The notes under the pieces: generated by a model
Database searches by the model: none
Told to the model about the DNA's origin: nothing
What the model saw: the letters and a program-made list of their open reading frames with translations, nothing else
Origin: Candidatus Onthoplasma faecipullorum
GTDB lineage: Bacteria > Bacillota > Clostridia > Christensenellales > UBA1242
Direction of reading: 5' to 3'
DNA: 64,000 nt
NCBI GenBank assembly: GCA_019120295.1
Contig: DWVI01000002.1
Span: forward strand, 10,754 to 74,753
Position numbers and translations under genes: made by a program
Shown: piece after piece, positions 55,022 through 64,000 of the stretch
How the letters are laid out: each line of letters starts with the position of its first letter
Numbering within the stretch: the stretch's first letter is position 1

Positions 55022-56839
55022 TTATAGCGGTGGAATAACCGTCATACTTGGAGTGGTTTCTGCACCCACGCCAACGTCTGTTCTACCAGTAATCATTTCA
55101 CGTGTCAAGTCTTTACCTTCCAATTCCGCCATTTTCTCAGCCGACAATAGCGCCGTACCTATTTTACCATCTTTTGTTTTAGTTTTTTTCTTTTCGGTTT
55201 TTTTCTCTGGTTCCACTTTTGTAGATTCAGGTGCAGTGAAAACAGTTGCAGGTTCTTTATATAATTCTTTTTCTCTTTCTGTTGCACCAACAACTAGATT
55301 TCTTCTAGGGCTTGAACTGCCACCAGACCCACTAGAACTTCCGCCACCGCTAGAACTTCCACCAGAACTAGGCGAAGCGCTTGCCCCATTGCCTGCTTTT
55401 TTCTTTGCAGGGCCCTTTGCCGCTTCTTTTTTCTTTTCAGGTTTTTTCGCACTTGGCTTTTTAGCCGCGTCTGCTTTTTTATCGGCAACCACTTCTTTTT
55501 TAGCATCAGGTGATTTTGCTTCTTCTTTTTCAGCAGTTTTTCCTGCGTTCAACACTTCATCAACTATTTCTTTGGTCTTCTTGCCAACGTTTTTAGCAAT
55601 CTCCACCCCTGCACCAGCCAAAGCGCCGATTAGCGCCGCACGTCTTGACACAGTAGGGTCTAAACCTGCTAATGCACCAAGCGCACCAACACCAGCACCA
55701 GTTATTGCACCTGTTGCCACTGCGGTTATTATTGTTTCAGCGAGTGCACTTCTTTTTGTTTTTGGTGCAGGTTGACCGTCCACAACCACAGGTTGTTTTT
55801 TATTTTCTTTGCCGGTTAAAACCACCACAGCGTCGTCTTCAACACGTGCTTTGGTTTTCTTTTCGGCTTCAACAAATTCTTTTGCACAATCTTGAAGCGA
55901 ACGTTGTTCCACGTTTTCCGTGTCCAAGCGAATTATTGATTTTGGAACTTCGTCCACATTTTCCTTATCTTGCTTTATATACTCTTCGTGAACTTGCAAT
56001 TCTTCTTTTATATGGTTGCTGTAATCAACTTTTGCGTTTTGAAATTCCGAATTGAAATCTTTTCTCTCTTCTTCGGTTAGAACGTTTAAATTTTCTTCAA
56101 TTTTTTGCACTATCACTTCGTTTAAAGTTTTTGCAAAATTAGGTTTATCAATTCTTATAAATTCGCTATTTTCACTTAGCGACTGCTTTATGCTATCGTC
56201 AACCGCTTTTTTTAGTTTTGGGTAACGCGCCAAAATTTCAAATACGTCTACTGCAAAACCCGCTTCAATTTCTTCAATCTCTTCTTCTTTTTCCATTAAA
56301 ACTTTGTTTGCCATGAGATTGGTTTTAAATCTGTTTACAATTTTGTATAGACTAGCAATTGTTTCTTCGTCCATACTAAAAATATCTAGCACGTTGCCTT
56401 CTGTTTGACTTATATTCCAACGCCTATAAATAATTGATTTATCAATTTCACCACTAGTTTCAACCGAATCTAAAACGTATTCATTAAGATTACTATAAAT
56501 TCCACTATCTGTTTTATAATTTGCTTCATAACTTAACTTTTCAACCAGTGTTAAAGTTGCACACTCTCCTTCAAACGTTACAAGGAAACTTATTTGTTTA
56601 TCTAACTTTAATTCGCTCACACAAATATCAATATTGTCGATTGACTCAACAATATATTTTCTTATACCAATTAGTTCTTTAACAATTTCAGGGTCAACAA
56701 CATAATTTCCTTCGCTATCATAGTCGCCCAACATGTTGCCTAAAACTGCGTGACGCATATTATTGAACTTTAAATATTCAATATCTGCGACATCTTCAAC
56801 ATAACCTAATTCACTATCAATTTTTAGATATTTTGCCAT
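55022..56839 (-). CDS. Hypothetical 605-aa protein: structured N-terminal ~340 aa, Gly/Ala zipper segment, K/E/A/P- and S/G-rich tail
   Basis: Long ORF with GGAG SD. TAVATGAITGAGVGALGALAGL...ALIGALAGAGVE, then AKKPSAKKPEKKKEAAKGPAKKKAG and SSGGSSSGGGSSSGSGGSSS. Confidence 0.7.
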   Translation of the reverse strand: MAKYLKIDSELGYVEDVADIEYLKFNNMRHAVLGNMLGDYDSEGNYVVDPEIVKELIGIRKYIVESIDNIDICVSELKLDKQISFLVTFEGECATLTLVEKLSYEANYKTDSGIYSNLNEYVLDSVETSGEIDKSIIYRRWNISQTEGNVLDIFSMDEETIASLYKIVNRFKTNLMANKVLMEKEEEIEEIEAGFAVDVFEILARYPKLKKAVDDSIKQSLSENSEFIRIDKPNFAKTLNEVIVQKIEENLNVLTEEERKDFNSEFQNAKVDYSNHIKEELQVHEEYIKQDKENVDEVPKSIIRLDTENVEQRSLQDCAKEFVEAEKKTKARVEDDAVVVLTGKENKKQPVVVDGQPAPKTKRSALAETIITAVATGAITGAGVGALGALAGLDPTVSRRAALIGALAGAGVEIAKNVGKKTKEIVDEVLNAGKTAEKEEAKSPDAKKEVVADKKADAAKKPSAKKPEKKKEAAKGPAKKKAGNGASASPSSGGSSSGGGSSSGSGGSSSPRRNLVVGATEREKELYKEPATVFTAPESTKVEPEKKTEKKKTKTKDGKIGTALLSAEKMAELEGKDLTREMITGRTDVGVGAETTPSMTVIPPL

Positions 56840-57175
56840 AAATTTCTCCTTGTGTAAAAAGTGATAAATTCAAGGTGACCAACATTATTAACGTTATTAT
56901 AACACAAATTAGACAAATTTCAAACAAAAAAGAACAAACTTTTTATTTAATTAAAACAGTTTGTTCAATTTTTTATAAACATTATTTTTAGCATTCGTAA
57001 ATTTTTTTATTTATATTTTTAAATCTAATTTTCTTTACAAATTTAAATTTAATTTTTTTATTAAAAAACTTACCACTAATTTAGGCGCACCTAAATCAAA
57101 ACTTGCACTCCAAAATATTACTTGTTGAAAATTTATGTTTTTAATATATTTTATTGTTTGCTTAAATAGTTATTT

Positions 57176-58246
57176 TTATTCTTCGCTTGCTGCTAATTTC
57201 TTTTGTTGGTCGGTGATTGTTAAAGCGTCAATCATTTCGTCAAGGTCGCCGTCCATAAACGCGTTTATATCATATAGCGATAAACCAATTCTATGGTCGG
57301 TAACTCTTCCTTGTGGGAAATTGTATGTTCTTATGCGTTCGCTTCTATCCCCTGTTCCAACTTGGCTTTTTCTATTTTCTTTATACTCTGCTTCTTTTTG
57401 TTGTTGATAATAATCAAACACTTTTGCACGCAAAATATTGAATGCTTTTTCTTTGTTTTGTGTTTGGCTACGCTCGTCTTGGCAGGATACCACAATACCG
57501 GTTGGGAAGTGAGTTATACGAATTGCAGAGTCCGTTTTGTTGACCTTTTGACCACCCGCACCACTTGAACGGAAAATATCTATACGAATATCTTTTTCGT
57601 CGATTTTAACGTCCGCATCTTCCATTTCAGGTAAAATTGCAACCGTTACAGTTGAAGTATGAACTCTTCCTTGGCTTTCCGTTTCAGGCACACGTTGCAC
57701 TCTATGCACACCAGACTCATACTTAAATCTAGCATACGCATTTTTTCCTTTAATGAGAGCCTGCACTTCTTTAACTCCACCAAGTTCGGTTTCTTCAATG
57801 TTTAGAATTTCCATTTTAAATTTATGACTATCACAATACATTTGATACATTCTAAGAAGTGAGTGTGCAAACAAAGCACTCTCTTCTCCACCTGCACCAC
57901 CACGTATTTCTAGAATAACGTTTTTAGAATCGTTTTCGTCTTTTGGAAGCATTAAGATTTTTAATTTTTCAACGCTTTCGTCCATTCTCTGTTTTGCAGA
58001 CACAGACTCTTCTTTTAACATTTCACGCATATCTGGGTCGGTTTCGTTTTTTAGCATTTCGTTTGCGTCGTTATAATCTTTTTCGTGTTTTAAATAATTT
58101 TCATATTCTTCCATAAGTTCTTGAAGTGACGCATGCTCCTTCACTTTTGCTTGCCATAACTTATTATCCGCAATAATATCTGGGTCGGCTATTTCACGAG
58201 TGAGCGTGTCAAATCTTTCCTTTATTGCCTTTAACTTTTCTATCAT
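57176..58246 (-). CDS. prfA: Peptide chain release factor 1
   Basis: 356 aa. RVPETES (PxT tripeptide, RF1-type) and SGAGGQKVNKTDSAIRITH (GGQ). Confidence 0.96.
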   Translation of the reverse strand: MIEKLKAIKERFDTLTREIADPDIIADNKLWQAKVKEHASLQELMEEYENYLKHEKDYNDANEMLKNETDPDMREMLKEESVSAKQRMDESVEKLKILMLPKDENDSKNVILEIRGGAGGEESALFAHSLLRMYQMYCDSHKFKMEILNIEETELGGVKEVQALIKGKNAYARFKYESGVHRVQRVPETESQGRVHTSTVTVAILPEMEDADVKIDEKDIRIDIFRSSGAGGQKVNKTDSAIRITHFPTGIVVSCQDERSQTQNKEKAFNILRAKVFDYYQQQKEAEYKENRKSQVGTGDRSERIRTYNFPQGRVTDHRIGLSLYDINAFMDGDLDEMIDALTITDQQKKLAASEE

Positions 58247-58366
58247 AACATTTCCCTTTTTTGTTTTTAAAATTTTTAATAATTTTACTAATTTTTTAAC
58301 ATTTTTTCAATTTTTTAATGATTTTTATTTAATTTTTTATTTTCTTTTTATTTTTTTAATTTCTTT

Positions 58367-59182
58367 TTAATTTTTTCTAAACACTAGCACCCTATCATTT
58401 CCACCATAATCTTTAATGCATTCTAACAAATCAAAATCTGTAAATAAACTTGACACTAAATTTTTTTGGTCTTCTCCAATTTCTAACAGTAAATAGCCGT
58501 TGTCATTAAGGTGCTTTTTTGCGTTATCATGAATAATGTTGTAATACTTTAAACCTAATTCTCCACCGTCTAGTGCAAGAAGTGGGTCGTACGACTTAAC
58601 TTCAACATCTAAATCTTCAATTTCGTCTGTTGCAATGTATGGTGGGTTTGAAACAATTAAGTCATATTTATTTTCAATTTTTTCAAACATATTTGAATGA
58701 ATAAAGTTTATTTCCGCGCCTAAATTTTTTGCATTTAACTTTGCAATTTTTAGCGCTTTTGTGGATATGTCACTTGCTGATATTTGTGCATCAACATTTT
58801 TCTTAATTGCAATTGCAATACAGCCTGAACCTGTGCATAAATCTAAAACTGATTTTAAGTTATTTTCTTTAATAATATTTATCGCCTTTTCAACTAAAAT
58901 TTCACTATCCGCGCGTGGGGACAACACGTTTTCGTCCACAATAAATTCCAAGCCGTAAAAATGTTTTTTATTAAATATTTTATCAAGTGGTTTTCCATGC
59001 ATTCTTAAACTTGCCACTTCATTTACTTGATTTAATTGCTCGTTTGTTACATCGTCAATTAGATTTAATTCGGTGTGACTCACACCTAAAACTTCTGAGA
59101 TAATGTAGTCCACATCAATTTCGTCAACACCAACAGATATAAAATCTTGTTTCAAAGATTTTCTTAAATTTATTAACTTCAT
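58367..59182 (-). CDS. prmC: Release-factor glutamine N5-methyltransferase PrmC/HemK
   Basis: 271 aa. LDLCTGSGCIAI (SAM site) and VSNPPYI. Confidence 0.9.
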   Translation of the reverse strand: MKLINLRKSLKQDFISVGVDEIDVDYIISEVLGVSHTELNLIDDVTNEQLNQVNEVASLRMHGKPLDKIFNKKHFYGLEFIVDENVLSPRADSEILVEKAINIIKENNLKSVLDLCTGSGCIAIAIKKNVDAQISASDISTKALKIAKLNAKNLGAEINFIHSNMFEKIENKYDLIVSNPPYIATDEIEDLDVEVKSYDPLLALDGGELGLKYYNIIHDNAKKHLNDNGYLLLEIGEDQKNLVSSLFTDFDLLECIKDYGGNDRVLVFRKN

Positions 59183-59271
59183 AAAATCTCCTAAAATCTA
59201 AAACAAGCCTTACAAATTAAAAAGAAAAAAGCGCGCCCAAGATATGCAAAAAAGGACACGCTTAAATCCAC

Positions 59272-59490
59272 CTATTTTAATTTATATTTGTTTTTAAAAC
59301 TCTCTACACGACCTTTAGTGTCTACCAACTTTTGTTGACCGGTAAAGAATGGGTGACATTTATCGCAAACTTCAAGTTTAACAGTATCGCCTGGTTTAAC
59401 GCCTGGTTTAGCAGTTTTGCCTGCAAATTCAGCACCACAAGCGCAAACAAATGTAACATCTACATAGTTTGGTTGAATATCTTTTTTCAT
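59272..59490 (-). CDS. rpmE: 50S ribosomal protein L31 (Cys-containing, type A)
   Basis: 72 aa. MKKDIQPNY...CACGAEF...CDKCHPFFTGQQK. Confidence 0.95.
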   Translation of the reverse strand: MKKDIQPNYVDVTFVCACGAEFAGKTAKPGVKPGDTVKLEVCDKCHPFFTGQQKLVDTKGRVESFKNKYKLK

Positions 59491-59621
59491 TTCTTACTCC
59501 TTTTTAACTATTTTTGGCTTGCATAAGGCAAGCAAGAAGGCGTTTAACTATCAATCAAGATAATTTTCACCTTAAAAGTTCATAGCGATATGATTATACA
59601 TTGAAAAATCTATTTTGTCAA
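59491..59621 (-). promoter_or_regulatory. rpmE promoter (-35 TTGACA 59616-59621, 17-nt spacer, -10 TATAAT 59593-59598) and ~100-nt leader with GCUUGC-CUUAU-GCAAGC hairpin
   Basis: Perfect consensus hexamers read directly on the minus strand, immediately after the murC stop. Confidence 0.6.
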
Positions 59622-59630
59622 CCATTTTTT

Positions 59631-60869
59631 TCAATAACTTTTAATAATCTTTTTAGCAATCTCGCAAATATCACCCGCTCCAACAAACGCAACCGCGTCA
59701 AAACTAGATAACATTTTGTTAAGTTTTTTGCTTGTTGCCACGTATTTTACAGATGAATTTACCTTTTTTATTTCCAAATATAGTTCATGCGCACTCATTC
59801 CAACACTTTTCTTTTCCCTTGCTGGATATTCTTTAAAAATACACAAATTTTTGAGCCCAGATAACACTTCTACAAACTCTTTCAAAAAGGTTTTTGTGCG
59901 TGAATATGTGTGCGGTTGAAAAACTATTAAATTGTTTTTAAATTCTTTGTTAAATGCGGATATAAACGATTGAATTTCAGTTGGGTGGTGCGCATAATCA
60001 ATATAAATTTTAGTGTTTTTCGCTTGACCTATCAATTCATAGCGCCTTGGTATTCCATTAAAGTTTGAGATTGCGTTTAACATCTTTTTTTCGTCTACCC
60101 CTAAATGCTTACAAACAGCATATGCAAGAGCGATATTCTTTTGGTTATACACACCTTTAAGACGCGTTTTAAATTTATTATTTAAGGTTACAAAATTTAT
60201 ATTTTTATGCCGTTTTAGAAAATTTGTGGACTTATCTAAAAACACAAAACGCGTTTTTGCACGCTTTAAAAACGTTAAAAATGCACTTTTTAAATTAAAT
60301 AAAGATTTGTAACTATCCATATGCTCTGCTTCAATGTTGGTAACAACCGAAATTGTGGGCTGAAGTGCTAAAAAACTTTTATTATACTCGCATGCTTCAA
60401 CCACCAAATAATCGTCATTAACTTCAAATCTTGGTGCAAAAACGTCCGCTCCAATATGGGAAGAAACTTTTTTATTAGAAGTGCGTAAAATTTCATAAAT
60501 TAAACTTGCAGTTGTGCTTTTCCCGTGCGTTCCAGCAACTGCAATAACACATTTAAAATTTTCGCATAGTTTTCCTAAAACTTGTGCCCTATCAAGTATT
60601 TCAATACCCTTATTTTTTAGGGCTACTATGTATTTATTGTCGTCTTTTATTGCACCAGTTTTGATTGCTAAATTGACCGACAAAAATTTCTTATTAAAAA
60701 CGCTTGTAAATTCAATACCATTTGAAACACAAATATCCACATATTCGTCACGTTTTCTATCATAGCCATACACTCGCCAACCCATTTTTTTATATACTAA
60801 CGCCAGTTGGTGCATGCTCACTCCACCAATACCTAAAATTAACACAGATTTTTCAATAATTTTATTCAT
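59631..60869 (-). CDS. murC: UDP-N-acetylmuramate--L-alanine ligase (Mur ligase family)
   Basis: 412 aa. ILGIGGVSMHQLA N-terminal Rossmann motif and AVAGTHGKSTT ATP site. Somewhat short for MurC. Confidence 0.8.
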   Translation of the reverse strand: MNKIIEKSVLILGIGGVSMHQLALVYKKMGWRVYGYDRKRDEYVDICVSNGIEFTSVFNKKFLSVNLAIKTGAIKDDNKYIVALKNKGIEILDRAQVLGKLCENFKCVIAVAGTHGKSTTASLIYEILRTSNKKVSSHIGADVFAPRFEVNDDYLVVEACEYNKSFLALQPTISVVTNIEAEHMDSYKSLFNLKSAFLTFLKRAKTRFVFLDKSTNFLKRHKNINFVTLNNKFKTRLKGVYNQKNIALAYAVCKHLGVDEKKMLNAISNFNGIPRRYELIGQAKNTKIYIDYAHHPTEIQSFISAFNKEFKNNLIVFQPHTYSRTKTFLKEFVEVLSGLKNLCIFKEYPAREKKSVGMSAHELYLEIKKVNSSVKYVATSKKLNKMLSSFDAVAFVGAGDICEIAKKIIKSY

Positions 60870-61092
60870 AATTTCACCTAATAATCTTTATGATTATTTT
60901 TTATAATTAGTTAGAGTTTAAAAAAAGAAAATTTGCAACAAATTTAACAAAAATTTAGTGAAACTTATGTAGAAAATAAATAGAAAAAATTTATAAAATC
61001 ATGTTAAAACATTTGCGTTTATATTTTGTTTAAGTTAAAATATAAGTAACTACTAAATGTAGAATATTTTTAAAAGGGAAAGGTGAATAGAT

Positions 61093-61356
61093 TTGAATAT
61101 CACAGACGTTAGAATTAAAGTGGTTGCCAAAGAAGATAGCAAATTAAAAGCCATCGCCTCTTTCACTATTGATGATGCATTTGTTGTGCATGATGTGAAG
61201 GTTTTGGAAGGTAACAACGGTTTGTACATCAAAATGCCTCAAAGACAATCACCAAGCGGTGATTACAGGGATATCGTACACCCAATTAACACTGAAACAA
61301 GAGAACAAATTAGTTCCGCTGTATTGTCTGCTTACGAAAAAGAACAAAACAGTTAA
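61093..61356 (+). CDS. spoVG: Septation protein SpoVG
   Basis: 87 aa (TTG start). NITDVRIKVV...LKAIASFTIDDAFVVHDVKVLEGNNGLYIKMPQR. Confidence 0.93.
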   Translation: MNITDVRIKVVAKEDSKLKAIASFTIDDAFVVHDVKVLEGNNGLYIKMPQRQSPSGDYRDIVHPINTETREQISSAVLSAYEKEQNS

Positions 61357-61387
61357 TAAAAATCTGCCACTCGGCAGATTTTTTTAT
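61357..61387 (+). terminator. Intrinsic terminator after spoVG
   Basis: AATCTGCC-ACTC-GGCAGATT followed by T7. Confidence 0.8.
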
Positions 61388-61503
61388 TTATAGAATTTAT
61401 GCTCTAGCGTAAATTAAGATAATTATAAACCTTGTTAAATTGAAAATAATATATTTTTTAACAAAAAAGTCGGCGTTAAACCGACTTTTTTATTATTTTT
61501 TTA

Positions 61504-64000
61504 TTAGTTTAAAATTGATAATCTAATACCATTACCTTCAACCCAAATACCATCAAAGTTGTAATTCAAAGTTTTAGTGTAACTTACTCTATTATTTGTA
61601 TCTGTTAAATTGAAAGAACCTTTGAAACTAGCAGCGTTAGCAAAATCTGAACTGTTTACATTTTTAACGAAACTGCTGTTTTCAGTGTTGTCATAGTCTG
61701 CGCGCCAGCCGAAAAGCCAGGTTGTGCGGATATAACTTTCACCATATTGATTTCCCAATGAAGACGCAGCTTCGGTGTTAACGACAACATGTTGCATGCT
61801 ACCAGCAACAGAATCTTGTTGATACAAGTTAAAGTGGAAATTACCACTATTTTGTACATAATTGTACCATGTGTCTTTATAGAATGTGCCGTAGCCGTCC
61901 AACACGCTATTTACAGTTGCATATTTGAAACTTGCTCCGTCTGGGAAAATTAAAGTTATCAATGAAGTTACAGTGCTATTAGCCGTTCCTTCAACCACAC
62001 TGTTTAATTGAATATTTGTTACATCGCCTGTTAAGATACAAACTGCACCAGCAACTAATTTATCACCCCTAATTCTATTTCGAGATAATTCGTTTGTTGA
62101 TTCATTGTATCCACCAACATAAACTTGGTCAATTACTGCACCACAATTTGCAGCGGTTACATTATTGTTAGCAGTGTCAAATCCGCCCATTTGAGCAACA
62201 ATACCTGCAACAGTATTTCCATAAATGTTTGATGTTACGATAGACCTTTCAATCACTGAATTATCAGTTGAATTCAAGGCTGCAATACCACCAACATAGT
62301 AATCTTTTCCACTGAATATTTCACCGATGCTAGAAAGGTAAATTTTAACTTCACTAATAAGTGCATTGTTTTCAGCGGTTGCACCACCAATATAAATCCT
62401 ATTTGCAGACACGGTTGACGCAACTTCAATAATACCACTTGTAAGTGTAACATTAGATATTTCTGAATTATTTCTACCTGCTATACCGCCAACATATATA
62501 GTTTCATTGCTGTTTACAATTGAGATGTGTGGAGCCATGGTAACATTTGTAATGAAACCATTATTTAAACCAGCCACACCACCAATATTAGCACCAATAG
62601 TATTTGCTGAATAACGTACAGAGACTGTGCCATTGTCCAGATTATTAGTTATATTATTTATTGTTCCGCTATTATTTCCAACTACACCACCAACATTAGT
62701 TGTGCCATAGATTACAGTGTTGCTAACTTCTGAATTTTCAACACGTCCACTTGTTACAACACCAGCAATACCACCAGCATTTTCAAATTGTGATGTACTT
62801 GCAACGTTAAGGTTATTAACTGCAACATTTCTAACTGCTGAATTGTTTTCCACAACTCCCACAATACCACCAAAGTTAGTGATTTGACCATTTACATCAT
62901 CGGTTGTTGCAGGGTAATTTACTGTAACATTAGATATTTCAGAACTTGAATTTGCAGTGCTTGAATATACACGACCTGCGATGGCGCCAGCATTTGTTGC
63001 GTTGGCGCTCATTGTTACGCCTTCAAGTGTTAGATTTGTTACAGTACTATTGTCAAGGTATGTGAATAGTCCTGCATAACCATTGTTATCCGTGATTGTA
63101 AGACCTGTGATTGTGTGGCTATTACCGTCAAACACAGAGTTTACAAGAGCAAATGGAGTGTATGCTCTATTAGTTAAATCGATATCCGCTTCAAGAACTA
63201 TTTTCTTATCTGTAATTACACCATTATCTGCGTTGTTTTGTAAATACTCAATAAATGCTGTTGCGTTATCGTCTGTTGTGCCGTCAACATCACCAACTGA
63301 ATCTTCTGTTAAATCTTTTAATAGATATTGGCTAGATAAGGTTGACAAACTTGAATTTGTCATATTTAGTACAGGGACTGCACCAGGAGCAAGTGTCCAA
63401 GCAGAATTATCCCACATAACTTTTGAAGTTTGGCTAACTGCGTAGAATACATAGTCTGTTGGAGCAAGAGTTGCAACCATATCGTCTGCTGAATTTAATT
63501 CGCGAACTAAATACAATGAATTTTGTTCATTGAAGAATGTTTCATACATTGTTTCGTCATAATTTCTTATTGCAACTATACCGTTTGTTACAACCACGTT
63601 ACCAGCAAAGTGGACTAATGGTTGAGAATTATTGTCATTATAATTTGTTGATTTTTGAACGGTTGAAACGAACGAAGCATTGTCTGAACCGACTATAGTT
63701 GAAAGTGAAAGTGATTCAAATATTGAACCCGTGTCCGTACCGATCACAAATCTACCAACAAAACCAGATATATCACCTGTTGCGTTTTGGACTGTTACAG
63801 TGCTATTTGCTTTGGTTGCTTGAACAGTTGATTGGTCAACAATACCAACAAGACCACCAGCAGTAACGCTAATTGGAGTCGCTGGAGTTGTTTCAGTTTC
63901 ACCTTCTGTTTCACCAGTTTCAACAGCACTACCAAGTGTGATGTTAACATTTTCTGTTGAACTTACTGATAATTTAGAAGTTGCACCAGTGATTGCACCA
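61504..64000 (-). CDS. Large GLUG-repeat surface/secreted protein, C-terminal >=832 codons (N-terminus beyond right edge)
   Basis: The track ORF begins at an internal GTG (63747). I translated 63748-63999 in frame and found no stop, so the gene continues past 64000. Repeated xGGIAGxxxN units: NAGGIAGVV, VGGVVGNN, IGGVAGLNN, VGGIAGRNN, VGGIAALNS. Confidence 0.8.
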   Translation of the reverse strand, partial: GAITGATSKLSVSSTENVNITLGSAVETGETEGETETTPATPISVTAGGLVGIVDQSTVQATKANSTVTVQNATGDISGFVGRFVIGTDTGSIFESLSLSTIVGSDNASFVSTVQKSTNYNDNNSQPLVHFAGNVVVTNGIVAIRNYDETMYETFFNEQNSLYLVRELNSADDMVATLAPTDYVFYAVSQTSKVMWDNSAWTLAPGAVPVLNMTNSSLSTLSSQYLLKDLTEDSVGDVDGTTDDNATAFIEYLQNNADNGVITDKKIVLEADIDLTNRAYTPFALVNSVFDGNSHTITGLTITDNNGYAGLFTYLDNSTVTNLTLEGVTMSANATNAGAIAGRVYSSTANSSSEISNVTVNYPATTDDVNGQITNFGGIVGVVENNSAVRNVAVNNLNVASTSQFENAGGIAGVVTSGRVENSEVSNTVIYGTTNVGGVVGNNSGTINNITNNLDNGTVSVRYSANTIGANIGGVAGLNNGFITNVTMAPHISIVNSNETIYVGGIAGRNNSEISNVTLTSGIIEVASTVSANRIYIGGATAENNALISEVKIYLSSIGEIFSGKDYYVGGIAALNSTDNSVIERSIVTSNIYGNTVAGIVAQMGGFDTANNNVTAANCGAVIDQVYVGGYNESTNELSRNRIRGDKLVAGAVCILTGDVTNIQLNSVVEGTANSTVTSLITLIFPDGASFKYATVNSVLDGYGTFYKDTWYNYVQNSGNFHFNLYQQDSVAGSMQHVVVNTEAASSLGNQYGESYIRTTWLFGWRADYDNTENSSFVKNVNSSDFANAASFKGSFNLTDTNNRVSYTKTLNYNFDGIWVEGNGIRLSILN

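Noticed and set aside
54960-55775. 271-aa plus-strand ORF (A/P/S/F/L-rich).
   Set aside because: It lies entirely antisense to the low-complexity K/E/A/S/G part of the 605-aa minus-strand gene. Its composition is the mirror image of that region. It has no SD and starts inside the bidirectional terminator.
1-64000. Alternative genetic code (TGA=Trp, Mollicutes-like), suggested by the low GC content.
   Set aside because: TGA terminates conserved genes at their expected ends (for example dndC and spmA). Conserved Trp positions use TGG. All housekeeping ORFs are full length under code 11, and a Mur ligase gene is present.
1-64000. tRNA genes, rRNA genes, transposases or integrases.
   Set aside because: By eye I found no cloverleaf-like GC-rich 75-90-nt segment, no rRNA-like region, and no DDE or tyrosine/serine recombinase ORF. 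A tRNAscan or Infernal run would be needed to exclude small RNAs formally.

Overview
This is a 64 kb chromosomal window from a low-GC, Gram-positive-type (Bacillota-like) bacterium that uses the standard genetic code: TGA terminates conserved genes and Trp is TGG. Almost everything is encoded on the minus strand.

Three blocks are visible:

1. **Positions 1 to about 11600: an AT-rich accessory (defence) island.**
   - The left edge carries a DNA phosphorothioation module: dndB, dndC, and the first 87 codons of dndD, which runs off the window.
   - Directly upstream on the same strand is a tightly coupled restriction-like cassette that is not the classical DndFGH set. It consists of a DUF262/DUF1524 (GmrSD/SspE-like) protein, a PLD-nuclease/SF2-helicase fusion, a 51-aa micro-ORF, a second DndD/SMC-like ATPase and a 173-aa protein of unknown function.
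   - A perfect 24-bp palindrome separates the cassette from dndB.
   - Beyond the cassette lie a small excisionase-type HTH gene, a possible HEPN protein, a start-less gene remnant and long AT-rich spacers.

2. **Positions 11600 to about 33000: housekeeping and accessory genes.** These are:
   - an orphan lipoprotein, the PFOR gene nifJ and truA;
   - a Rho-like protein lacking a Walker A motif, and a MazF toxin with a short upstream partner;
   - a His-rich metal transporter, spmA/spmB and a TasA-like secreted protein;
   - two convergent stand-alone Spo0A C-terminal-domain proteins;
   - secG, pgk-tpiA-gpmI, an ArsR regulator and trpS.

3. **Positions 33000 to 54150: the translation super-cluster.** S10, spc and alpha operons (rpsJ through rplQ) are complete. 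The str operon (rpsL-rpsG-fusA-tuf) lies downstream of the alpha operon instead of upstream of S10.

The right end carries prfA-prmC, rpmE, murC, spoVG, a 605-aa low-complexity protein and a truncated large GLUG-repeat surface protein.

I found no rRNA genes, tRNA genes, CRISPR arrays or intact transposases.

The most interesting candidate is the composite dnd plus non-canonical five-gene restriction-like locus at 1-9430. All functional calls rest on motif and architecture recognition by eye. No database search was run.
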